Source: Callorhinchus milii
Lineage: Eukaryota
Length of the DNA: 64,000 nucleotides
Assembly (NCBI RefSeq): GCF_018977255.1
Contig: NW_024704742.1
Coordinates: 102,364,001-102,428,000, forward strand
Direction: 5' to 3'
The notes under the pieces are model-generated. The model worked only from the letters and a program-made list of their open reading frames with translations, searched no databases and was not told where the DNA came from. Below, piece after piece: positions 34,095 through 45,500 of this stretch (its first letter is position 1; each line of letters opens with the position of its first letter). The position numbers were made by a program, and so were the translations under genes.

Positions 34095-34682
34095 AATCCC
34101 AAATCTATGGAACTCCCAGCCTCAATACCTCCACCTTGGGGTTGAAATCCTTGAGGTTGCAATCCTGGGAATCCCAATCCCAGGATCCTGTATGGTAATA
34201 GCGCTCTCCAAATTCCGGGATTCATTGAAACAAATCTCGGGATTTTGGAATTGTACAAAGACTGAGCTAGGACAGACGATAAGGATGGATGTTCCCATTT
34301 CATCGCAAGTGGGCCACACATTATCAGGAGGACGAACTGGCAGAAGCAGACGGGACAGTGTTTAAATCTCCCCATGGAGGGATATCTCTGAGATACCTGC
34401 TGGTGTGGAGAACGACCATAGGTATCCTGAATGAGGTAAAATTCGGGATCCTGAAATTTAGGGCATTAAAATCCTGAAATCCTGGGATTCTGAAAGGGCT
34501 CCACGATTGCAACCCCTACCCCCACCTCTCCCCTTCTTTAAATTCCACCTGAAAACTTACCTTGTCGACCGTGCCTATGGTCACCCCCGTTTCTCCCGTC
34601 CCCTTTGCTAGACAACCAACCCAGCCACTGCACGGCACTCCAAGGCGTTATCCTATATAAGAGCACTACATAAATGAAAGCT
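34095..34682 (+). mobile_element. Old L2 3' fragment hosting a hAT MITE
   Basis: CTATGGAACTCCCAGCCTCAATACCTCCACC | resumes TCTCCCCTTCTTTAAATTCCACCTGAAAACTTACCTTGTCGACCGTGCC...GCACTACATAAATG. Confidence 0.7.
34136..34518. mobile_element. Non-autonomous hAT-type DNA transposon (MITE), 383 bp
   Basis: TIRs TTGGGGTTGAAATC / GATTGCAACCCCTA (12/14 match); 8-bp TSD CCTCCACC (34128-34135) / CCCCCACC (34519-34526); repeated subterminal ATCCCGGGAT-like motifs at both ends. Confidence 0.85.
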
Positions 34683-35059
34683 ACAGTATTAGTAACTGAT
34701 TTTCCTCATTTTGTGGGACCCACGCTCTCCAGTCCTTGGCTATTTGTAGAGGTGTCACTGACAAGAAGGATACATCTCAGGGGTTCAATGAGGATAGATG
34801 ATTTGGAGTTACTAATCAAGAAGGCACAGTACTGACTTACTATTTCTATGTACTTTGCTGGCACTGTACTGTGCTTTTATGAGTTAGATGGCTTTGGATC
34901 AACCGCATGACCAATCCAAAGAGCTTGTCCCTGTTAAACTCAAAGGAGACACTTCAGGACCCATTCTTGCCTGTGGTCTGCGTCCAGAACTATACAAGTC
35001 TCAGTTTATGTAGAAAACTGAGGATCCCTTGCTGCACCAAAACTATAGTTCAACGATAT

Positions 35060-35305
35060 ATGTATGTGAGGGGAGGCTCAAATTATTCCTTTACTCAGAA
35101 GGTGGCTGGCATATTGTAATTCTCTGCTACAACTGGTTATTGATTTCTTTTAAAAAAAAGAGGGAATTAGAATATTAAAGGTTGTAGGGAGCGAGCAGGA
35201 GAGAAAGGTGACATCAAGTAGCTCATGTGGAGAAAACAACCTGCCCAGACTTGATGGGTCAAATGGGGGTATTTCTGTACTACAGTGTTCTGTGATTCTA
35301 TGATC
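35060..35305 (+). mobile_element. Old CR1 3' fragment
   Basis: TTTACTCAGAAGGTGGCTGGCATATTGTAATTCTCTGC (FTQ.V...WNSL) and terminal ATGGGTCAAATGG...TTCTGTGATTCTATGAT. Confidence 0.7.
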
Positions 35306-35619
35306 TTTTTTCTCTATATTTCAGAGCAAGACTTTGAACAAGACTCTTCTTGATATTTCTTATTTTTAAAATGAGTGATTTCGAAAAAATGTGTTTTCTT
35401 GATGGTGACAGACAGTGATGTGGAGCTGAACTGAATATTCAGGGCTTGTGTTAAATAATCATGACTTTTTGTAGAAGTGGATGCAGGAATAGGGGTTGCC
35501 TCTTTAGTGTAGTTTTTAAGATTAGATTGATCTGTAGATTTACAATGATGTGAAGTTTTTAATTCAAAATAGTTGAGCTACACATGTTGAACAATTTGAC
35601 ATGTCAAGTTAGCTGCAGT

Positions 35620-35950
35620 GCACTTATGCTTCCCTCCACTTAGGCTGTGTGTTCAAGCATCATTAGAGTTAAAGTTTAGGTTGATACCAGACATACAAGA
35701 GGAAAAGGACCAGGCTGACCACTGCAGTGCAGTAATGGACTGCACTGCAGTGTCAAAGATGCTATTTTGTTGGATGAAATATTAAACAATGGTCCCGAGT
35801 GTCTGTCTCAGGTGAATTTTAAAGATCCCATGACATTATTTAGAAAGAAAAGGAAGTTTTGTTGGCAAATGATCCTCCAGATTAATTGGTTACCTCATGG
35901 CTGGTGTAAAATGGCTGCCGTGATTGCCGATAAAAACAGTCACTACACTT
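35620..35950 (+). mobile_element. Deu-domain SINE
   Basis: GGATGAAATATTAAACAATGGTCCCGAGTGTCTGTCTCAGGTGAATTTTAAAGATCCCATGACATTATTT. Confidence 0.75.
35720..35752. repeat. Perfect 14-bp inverted repeat (5-nt loop)
   Basis: CACTGCAGTGCAGT-AATGG-ACTGCACTGCAGTG. Confidence 0.93.
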
Positions 35951-37869
35951 GACTAACAACAGCAAAATTCCATTTATTATACCACCTTCCACGTTGGAAG
36001 GATGTCCCAAGATACTGATTTGTGATCATCTGTGAAGCCGTTTGATATGATAAAATGCAATTTGTTTTTCTTTCTATTAGGGTGAGAGAGGATGATTGAA
36101 TAACGTTATGATCAAGAAGATGAATTTGGTTTTTAAACACACAACTTTGTGTATAGAATAAGTGAATCTATATTTCTATGCACCAACTTGTATCCATGTT
36201 TAATTGTTTTGCTTTGAACTCCTCAACTAACAGTTTGTAAATCATTGCTTGCTTCAGAGGAGCACTGCTATGAAGTAGAAAGACATTTTGGATGCATAAT
36301 GATATCCATTTACTGGAATGTAAACAGTATGTAGATGTATTACAAATGCCAGAGCATAGGCATTATTTGTTTTATGCATTTCACAATAGAATTGTAATGA
36401 ACAGAAATCTTCCAAGCAGGAACATGTCTAGCCATTTGCTAGAGGGCAGAATTGCTGGGTTGAATACTGATTGATCTTCTGATGGTTTCACCTTTGCCTT
36501 TTGATATTCAGCTAGTCTTCATTTGATGTTAGCTGTATTCAAGTTACTGCCTTGAGGTCAAGGTGTACCAGGCATCACTTGTATTTTTGTATTCATTCAG
36601 GTAAACCATTGTTTCCACCAGGGAGGGGACTGTGGAATGCTGTTTTTAAGAGCAAGACATTGATCCATTCTTGGTTATGTGCTTTCCTCCCTTAGATTCC
36701 AATTCACTTCTGTTTATTGAAGATCTCATCTTTCTGCTAGCTGCTAGCTATGGCCATTCTAACTCAACAGCCGAGCTATATCTAACAATATATTGCTGAA
36801 TCTAGTATTTTTTACAATTCTTGAAGCATATCAGAGGCATTCTAGATGACACAAATAGAAATTCAGAAGAAAGCTCTTGTCAAGCCCCCTATAGGCACCA
36901 CCAGCCTGTCAAAACTTTTGTTTGCTTTAATTTTCCCAGATCAATTCAGCCATTGGTTTATAACTCAAAGGGAATCATTTATGAAATCAAGTTATGAGTA
37001 TAGTGTTTGAACACATACATACTGTGCTGGAACAAAGCACAGAGGCAGATGATTGAATCAGTAGTTACTTGGTTTATGATCAGCTTTCCCTTCCATATTT
37101 AAGAACAAGACCTGGATGTTTGGCAAAATTCTCATTAATTACTAACTTGGAATTCTTAGCAATTTGATATACTTTTAAAACATGATCTTTTGAAGAATGT
37201 TCCAGTATTTAAAGTGAGTCATAAGAATGCAAGTTACTACAGCACTGCTAGTTAGCCAATTATATTGTTCAGTATGAATAAACTCTTGAAATTGGTAACG
37301 TGAGAGATGTTTCATTGTGACATGGTTTGGTTAGTAGTAAATTTATGTGAAAAAAATATACATTATAATGACCGCACAGAGTATTGACTATCTTATCATA
37401 ATCAGAATTGAATTATTCACTGTGACTGATACAGACATTTATGGAACTGGCTTGAATTCAAAGTTCCATATAGCGCAGTGAGCTCAATCTAATGTGGACA
37501 GCTGTCACTGGAACTAAGGTGTCCCAGCTGATCATTAAGTTCAAATTGAACCATAATGTACAAATGATCCTTTTTACATTCAGTCTGGCAGTGGGGGCTG
37601 TTCGGATTAATGAGAACTGTATTAAAAATGCACAGAAGGTATTAGGTGGAGGTCATTTAAGGTATGCAGACACAAGAATGTGGAAGAACATCATCTGCAC
37701 TGTTAAGTACCTAGTACTAAAGATTTCACGACCTTCAGTCAGTTATGTGGGATAGGTTGAAACTAGGACAAATCCTAGTGCACAACACAATCTGCACATT
37801 TTTAGAACTATTAAAAATTGCCAATGTTGGGACAATTGCAGCAGCCTGACATGGTCAACACCATTTAAC

Positions 37870-38405
37870 GCAAAACATTGGGTAAGTTTCCTTACTCCAC
37901 AAGTCTGTGTTTACCTAGCAGTGAATAGGAACCCGATTGTCAGTCGATTGGCGGATCGCTTTTCTGTGGTTAATAATCCCTCCGAAAAAAGATGTTGTCA
38001 CCCAATCCACAATTGTTTGTGGGACACTGCTATGCACAAATGTCTGCTGTGTTTCGCCCACAAAATATACAGTCGATTCATTTTGCAATATATTTTATAA
38101 TATAATAATAATAATCCCTCCAAAACCAAAAACAGTAATAAATTGGTCATCTTCAATCCACGACTGTTTGTGGGACATTGCTGTGCGCAATTGGCTGCCG
38201 CGTTCGCCCACAAATATACAGTCAATTCACTTTACAACGTGTTCTGTGAAGCGCTTTGGGACGTCCTCCCGACGTGAAAAGCGCTATATCAAATGCAAGG
38301 AATTAAATTAAGTTAAATTAAATTATATTCTGTGAAGTGCTTTGAGATGTCTCAAAGACATGATAAGGCGCTATATCAAATGCAAGGATTATTATTATCA
38401 TTATT
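37870..38405 (+). mobile_element. Older long-form family-B SINE (headless) with a nested young copy
   Basis: TTGGGTAAGTTTCCTTACTCCACAAGTCTGTGTTTACCTAGCAGTGAATAGGAACCCG CORE-like segment. The body is interrupted at about 38097 and resumes at about 38325 (ATATTCTGTGAAGTGC). Confidence 0.88.
38098..38324 (+). mobile_element. Young family-B SINE, 5'-truncated, with an (AATTA)n tail
   Basis: AATAATCCCTCCAAAACCAAAAAC...GGGACGTCCTCCCGACGTGAAAAGCGCTATATCAAATGCAAGG-AATTAAATTAAGTTAAATTAAATT. Confidence 0.9.
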
Positions 38406-40016
38406 TTAGCCTATTTGCAACTTCATTAATTCTGAGTTTTTTTCCCCAACCAGATATGCCCTTAACTGTCTCCACGCCCACACTACAGAGATCAAATTAA
38501 CAATTTATCAGTCAAACCACATTCTTTCTTCACATGAATGAGGCCATTGAGTTTGCTTGACTCGCAGAAACTTGATTTGAATAAATCTGTTCTTGTGCTT
38601 TGTTCTCAGGTTAGTGATCAAACCCTCATCACACCTGTGTTTTTTGTAACTTTCAGCGATAGACTGTCATTACCTTTGAGTGTTATTTGAGCATTCAGTG
38701 ATAATGTCACAGTATCCCATTGATGTCAGTTTGGCAATACAATTCCAAACAAAAGCTTTTTTAAAAAATCCACACAATTCAAAAAATTAATATTAGTGCC
38801 ATTAAGTTTTATTTTTAATTAAATGGGATGTGAACTCATTTGTTCCCAAAATTGGATCTGGCGTGTCTCATCAACTATGAGAAAGCTTTTGGAATTAAAA
38901 AAAATTGTGCACTTTCAAAATAATTAAAGAGTTTACGGAAGATACGTACATTATTAATTACAGTATATGTAATACACAGATATAAATTAAATGTAACACA
39001 TTTTAATCATTGCTTCACAATACACAAATTAATCTTACCCCATTTGCTTTTGATTTCTCCTCATTTTCCGGCATAAATGTGAATAATTACATCTCCTACT
39101 AGAATTGTTGTTCTTGTTTACAAAATTATACTGGCTTCTCCCTGCAGTATTGGGATAGATCAGCCAGCAGCAATGTCTGTGCATTTCTGAGCACTTTTCC
39201 TTGTTGTCCACCTAATTGATTTCTTTGAATCATCCAGTGATACATTGCTAGAAATTATTTTCGAACAAATAAGCATCAATTTAACCAAATGTACATGGTG
39301 CGAATATGCTGTTTAGCCCTTTAGTCACTGTAATGTGACAAGCATTCCAAGCAGTAAAGGAACAATGGAGTTTAATGCATGAATTTGCAAAGTGGATACG
39401 AAGTGCTAATTGTGATTCTACTTTGTGAACACTGAAAAACGTTTAATTCATGATTTCACAAAGTAACTCATTGCATATCTTTCTGCAGCCTCCTCGTAAT
39501 GTACACTTATGCCATTACAGTGTCTGGCAAGTGTGGTGGTTAGAACTGAATCTAACAGACCAGGATCTTGCTGGTTGTCTCCCAGTCTGTGCTGAGTTTG
39601 CAGGTCTCAGCCACACGGGGAGGCTAAATTGGCCCTGACCTTCCTAGTGTTTGAGGGGGAAAACCAGTCAGGGCTCCTGGCCCCCAAAATATAATACAGT
39701 GAACTTGTTGGCCTTTGGGAGTGCAGAGAGTAGCAGACGGTGAATTATCAAGAGAGTCCTGAGGGAATTTTATGAGAAACGAACAATTGTAAATATCAAA
39801 CCAATTTATCATGCATATTTTTCTTTTTCCTATTTTTATTTTGTTTCCTTTTCTGTTGCTTTACAAACATTGTCTCTTCCTACATTAGCCTTGTGGATAA
39901 AGTAAACATGAAATGTTGGTACAACATTTGAATTCTTTGCTCTTATTTTATTCTATGGTTTTACTGTTCTAGTTATAGATGTATTGTATCTAATCCCATC
40001 AGTTGGCATACATTTA

Positions 40017-40367
40017 GGAGTCCTGTAGCTAGGATTATTATTGTGGCGTCCTGTAGCTCAGTGTTTAGAGCACTCGCTTTGCAAGTGAGAGACCTGAGTT
40101 CAATTCCAGGCAGAGGGCGAAACCTTGGGCAAGTTTCCTTACTCCACACACCTAATAATAATCCCTCCAAAACCAAAAACAATAATAAATTGGTCATTTT
40201 CAATCTGCGACTGTTTGTGGGACATTGCTGTGCGCAATTGGCTGCCGCGTTCGCCCACAAATATAGTCAATTCACTTTACAGTGTGTTCTGTGAAGCGCT
40301 TTGGGACGTCCTCCCGATGTGAAAAGCGCTATATTAAATGCAAGGATTATTATTATTATTATTATTA
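40017..40367 (+). mobile_element. Young full-length family-B SINE (40043-40367) preceded by a 26-bp head+tail micro-copy (40017-40042)
   Basis: GGAGTCCTGTAGCT-AGGATTATTATT-GTGGCGTCCTGTAGCTCAGTG...; candidate TSD TACAT at 40009-40013 and 40366-40370. Confidence 0.93.
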
Positions 40368-40464
40368 CATGAATGTTCTTAATAGCAAATGAACTCAGAT
40401 CATGTGAATTCCAGGTCACGGAGAGGGGGAGGGGGAATTTGTAAAATACTACTGCTACTTACAA

Positions 40465-41090
40465 GAATAATACTTGCATTTGAAGTGCAAGCTACTTATC
40501 ACTTCATCGCGACATCTCAAAATGCTTCACAGGATATATTGTAAAGTGGATTTACTGTATATTTTGTTGGAGAAATGAGGCAGCCAGTTGCGCACAGTGA
40601 TGTCTCAAGCAATCATGGAGTGAGTGATCAATTTGATTTGGAGGATTGTTGGCCAGGACCCCAGGAGAAGAAACTCCCTTCTCTTTTCGAATAGTAGCAT
40701 GAGATCTTTAACATCCACTTGAACAGGCAGATGGGACATCGTTTTAATGTCTTATCCGAAGGACGGCACCTCCAACAATGCTCTTGGTGTGTCAGCTTAG
40801 ACCAGGTGGTCCAACTGGCAGCTTGCAGGCCAATTTCATTTGCCGCCTACCCCCTCCATTTCATCTGGCCCACCCGCTCCCTTCATAATAAATGTTATGT
40901 TATGTTTCTGGAAGCAAAAATATTGCTTATGCGGCCTGCAGACATTTCTCAAATAGGGCATCTGACCCTCAGCAGCCAAAAGGCTGGACATTCTTGGCTT
41001 AGAGTATGTGATTTCAACTCCCGACGTGGGGCTTGAACCCACAACCTTGTAACTCAGAGGCAAGAGTGCTACCACTGCGCCGAATTCACA
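40465..41090 (-). mobile_element. Full-length Deu-domain SINE carrying a MITE
   Basis: Tail at about 40465, Deu core 40650-40780, and head GTGGGGCTTGAACCCACAACCTTGTAACTCAGAGGCAAGAGTGCTACCACTGCGCC (about 41026-41082). Confidence 0.9.
40803..40996 (-). mobile_element. hAT (Charlie-like) MITE, 194 bp, complete
   Basis: Ends CAGGTGGTCCAAC / GCTGGACATTCTTG; 8-bp TSD GCTTAGAC (40795-40802) / GCTTAGAG (40997-41004); second copy at 15697-15853. Confidence 0.85.
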
Positions 41091-42045
41091 GTAATCATAC
41101 ATTAATCAACTAAACAGAGAAACAACAAGGCATTAAAAGTGTAAAAGGTCAGTTAAAAAGGCAATATGATCCATGACCTATGACTTAGTTATACAGCCAA
41201 AACTGATTCTGTCATGGACTACATGCTGACACAAATTTGGTAATGTAAATGCTGCCAACTGCAAGCTCCAGTTTCAGAGCCACATAAAAAGCGATCCCTT
41301 TAACACCATAAACTCCACAAGAATAAATAATCTATAATAATAATCATCCTTGCATTTGATATAACGCCTTATCACGTCTTTGAGACTTATGGTTTTGCAA
41401 CCTGTTTCCATTGCTGTCTAATCGTGATTGCACCATTCTTGTAAATTGTTTGCCTTTATTTCCATAGCAGTGGAATAAATAGGTCTGTTTCCCCTCTGAG
41501 TCACGTTCTCTCAAGATTGAAACCAATTCTCACTTTCCCTTTCTCAGCTTTCTTTGTTGTTGCAGAATTGCTCTTCATTCTCTCCTCCACTCATTCCCTC
41601 CCCCCAGTCAAACCAACAAAAACTCTTTCTTGACAAAGTGATATTAGACCACTTCTTGAGCAAGCTATGTGCACGAAGATGGCCTGGAAGCCAGGAATTA
41701 TTGGAAGCAGGAAAAGTACCAGACTCCCAGTATAGTGCTGGTCCACAGAAAGCAGATCAGCATTAAACCATTCCTGAAGAGCAGAGACATGTTTGAGAAG
41801 GTTTGGCGGAAATTGTTTCAAATGTGGCTAACAGGAGGAGAAAACAATTAAAAATTAAAAACAGGAAGTCCAGAAAGCAGAAATGGGAAACAATTCCTCC
41901 TCGATCTGACTTTCCTCCTTCTCAATCTCCTGTATTTGCTGATAAAGGCTTCCAACTTCCAAAAATTGCTATCAAATAACATGCTCGTCACTCAGCCCCT
42001 CCTCCCCCATGCAATCCATTGAGGAGAGAGGAAGCAGTATAAGTT

Positions 42046-42525
42046 AAGAACAAGAAGAACAACAACAACAACAACAAAATTACGCTTATAAAGCGCCTTT
42101 CACTTTGGGAGGACATCCCGAAGCACTGATCAGTCAGGTATTGGGGCCCGAGCCTGGGGAAGGGGTGGTGTAGGGGTGATGGAAGGCACAGAGGTGGGAG
42201 GGAGACCAAAAGCACGGTCGAAGAGCAGGGTCTTGAGACTGGCCTTGAAGGAGACAAGGGAGGAAGCAAGGCGAAGGGATTGTGGGATGGAGTTCCAGAG
42301 TGTGGGGGCAGAGAGGCTGAAAGCACAGCCACCGATGGTAGGGCGTGTCGGGCGGGAGACATGGAGCAGGCTGGAGCCCAATGAATGGAGGGAGCGAGCG
42401 GGCAGGTTGGTAGGGAGTCAGCAGGTCAGAGAGGTAGGAGGGGGCAAGGCCATGGATGGCCTTGAAGGTGAGGACGAGGATCTTGAGCTCGATCCTCTGG
42501 GGGATGGGGAGCCAGTGGAGCTGGC
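42046..42525 (-). mobile_element. L2 3' fragment
   Basis: LHWLPIPQRI..KILVLTFKAIHGLAP...GGCAFSLSAPTLWNSIPQ...FKASLKTLLFDRAF; mixed (AAC)/(AAG) tail. Confidence 0.92.
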
Positions 42526-45500
42526 TTTAAGGAAGCTTCAAACAGAAGATGACATTAAATGAGGCACAAGTGAAGTGGGTTCAGGTGAAGTACCGTGCAG
42601 ACAGTTTGAGCTCTGGCTGAATTTCTTAATTGGATTTTTAAAGTTTTCTTTCTGATAGCAACTGGTAACAGGAGAATAAATAAGTGATGATGACAGTGGG
42701 GGGTGGGGGTTAAAAGGTGCACATCACTAAAACAGCAACTTAATGGGACCTAAAGCCTCCGAAAGATAAAGTGTGTCTCCTCCTTTCATCTGTTTTGAAG
42801 CTGACCCTTCAGAACTGGGATCTTATGAGATCTCAAGTTGGAACAAAGATAGCGCGAGTCATGTAGGTGTGACGTACATGGAGTTTCCTAGTGGAAATAC
42901 TTTATGTTCCCCGATGCTTTTTCTAACATGTGGGGCTATTTACATTGCTCTTTTACTGCCGTTCTAGATGAGATGTCTGGAAGACGTGAAAAACGCTATA
43001 TCAAATGCAAGGATTATTATTATTATTATTATTTCTGAACTCCATTGTCAAAACCAAATGTCCTGATGAAAAATTGTTGAGTTCCATACCTCTCATTCAT
43101 GGGAAGATGCCGAGTCAAGCCATTATTGGGGAGAGTTCATTCAGCTCTATCTTTCTTTTCTCAGCACAGCCTTGCCACTCGCTGTTGCTTTGTCTGCCAT
43201 CAAATTGTTTTGCCTTACTGGTTTTCCTGACCTTACAACAAATCTGTGTGGTAATCAACTCAGACATTTGACTTGATGCAGAATGTAAATGTTCCTCTTA
43301 TTTACTTTTCCCTTCAGCTTTCCTGAGTGACAAGATCTGTTAGTGTTGAACCAACTCTGCTTTCTCTTTCCCATTAATGTCTGTCACTCTTTTGCTTCTT
43401 TCTCCCTTTACTTAATAATCTTCCCATTGATATAGTGAAGATGCTGATACAGTAAGGTTGTGTGGCAACAAATAAAGTAATATTACAAAAGGATTTGGAT
43501 GTAAAACAGCTAATCATAATAAACCTTCAAATGAGTGAAGGCCAGTTAGCTTATCAAACTCAGTCCTTGCAAAGCCTGTCCTGTTATGGATTTCACTCCA
43601 CGTACATTGTCTCCTAGCAGAAAGTTCAATATATACTCCCTCTCAGAGCGCTTAACAGTGGTGTAGCTGGGCGGGGGGGGCAGTGGCCGTAAGCAAGGTC
43701 GAAGAGGAAAGTTTTCACAAAGCTGAAGTGGCTGTTAACCCAGCAGTTTCCAAACTGAAGCCTCCTCACATATATTGCATTTTCAACTCTTTTCGCTTGT
43801 TAAAGTGGTCTTCTAAATTAAGCAGCGATGATGGCATGGAGGTCACCCTGAATTACAAACGTCAGAATCATTTCTTCACCGACTCAGAAACTCTGAACTG
43901 ACAGTAGATTATACTAGGGTCTGGCTTGCATGATGGGTTCCACTCTAGCAGTGCAGAAGTGGAAGCCAAAAATTTGCAAGAGTTCAGTAATATTTATTCA
44001 CATGTCCAAGAAAAATTGCTCTAAGTTTATAATGTTGAGCATTGTCATATTTGATGTACTTCTGAGAATTCACAAGAATTCTGTTTCCAAAGGTTCTCTA
44101 AAGTATATCCCTTTAACAACTTGAACATATGATAACGATTGAAGGACATGATGAAGGAATGGACACCCAGATGGGCAATGCATAGGCAGTCTGCCCTCCC
44201 AGATTGTTTCTCATAAAGAGAAGTTAATTATGCTTGACAGCATAGAGATTGGAATGATGTACATGAACCACATTGCAAGAGTGAAGTAAGCTTTCTTTTC
44301 ATCAAGGTCAACTATTGTGAAGATAAGCAGTTAAAGACAGCTCAGTCTATTCTAATATCTACTATAAATGGGCTTGAAAATTATTTAATAACTCAGCTAT
44401 ATAGCAATGGGGATTGTTGACCTTGAATTCAGCTGGAGACCTGCTACTTTTATCCATGGAGGCTTTTATGGCAGAACCCCATGAGTATCATAGAGCAACA
44501 TGCAGGACCTATTGTAACAATAATCTTCAAGTTTTTAGCACTAGTATCTTTATTACTTAAATTTGCCTGTTGTCAGGTTAAATGGACGTGAGTGATGTAT
44601 TGTAAGATACCATATGGACATTCTAATATTCATTACTGTGGCTTAGCTGATATTGCTGTATAACTAAAAAGCGGCATATGGAATCAGACAATTGTTCAAC
44701 AAGATAAAAAGGAGATAGGGTACATTTTGTGCTCTAGCTCAGCATAACCAGACAGTGCCTAATCTATCCGTATGACAGACCCATTGTATCTGTCATACTT
44801 TGGGTGCTTTGCTGTTTTACATGTGAAAGATTGTCAAGGATATGAACTGAAAGAAAAAGTAACAAGGATATTACTGGCTCACACATTTTAGAAAGAAAAT
44901 AATTGCTAAGAGGAATTAATATGGTGTCCAGACATATTTTCCCTTTGGATAGTTATAGGTGAAGGTAGGAAGATCATGAAAACTGTTGATTATCTGTTGT
45001 AGAATACTTACTATGTTTCACTATACGTTTTAATAATATAGAGAGAGTGTTTCTAATTTAGCTGTAAATGTACAATGTGATTCTTCCATGGTTGCCAGTG
45101 TTAGGAAGTGTACAAATGACCCTAGTCAATTTTCATTAGGTTGCACGGTAAGATTTGCTGTGTATTCTGGCTTTAAAAGTTAAAATAATTCTGCGTGGAA
45201 ATATTACAAGCACTCTCCTGAGATGGTGTATTTTCAGTTAATTAATTCCATGAATTATTCAGAGTTAACCTTCTTGCCCACTGCTTGTCCCATAGGAGAT
45301 GTGATTTTGTTGAGTCTGTTAAAAGGTTATTTATCCATTCAGTGTAATAATTGCAAGGAATCTTTGGTGTAGTAAAACAAAACTGTGTTAATGATTGCTA
45401 AATATGTTAAGTAGTGATACTGATCTGGTGTGGTTCAATATAAATACTAAGTAATTTTAATTTTAAAAGGACTACTCAAATTACAAAATTAATAATATAT

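Noticed and set aside
40043..40115. tRNA-Ala(TGC) gene
   Set aside because: It has A/B boxes and an anticodon arm (CTCGC-TTTGCAA-GTGAG) but no proper acceptor stem, and it continues into a SINE body present in several copies.
43657..43700. CAGTGGTGTAGCTGGGCGGGG possible DNA-transposon end (similar CAGGGGCGGA at about 6343)
   Set aside because: No matching second TIR or TSD found nearby.
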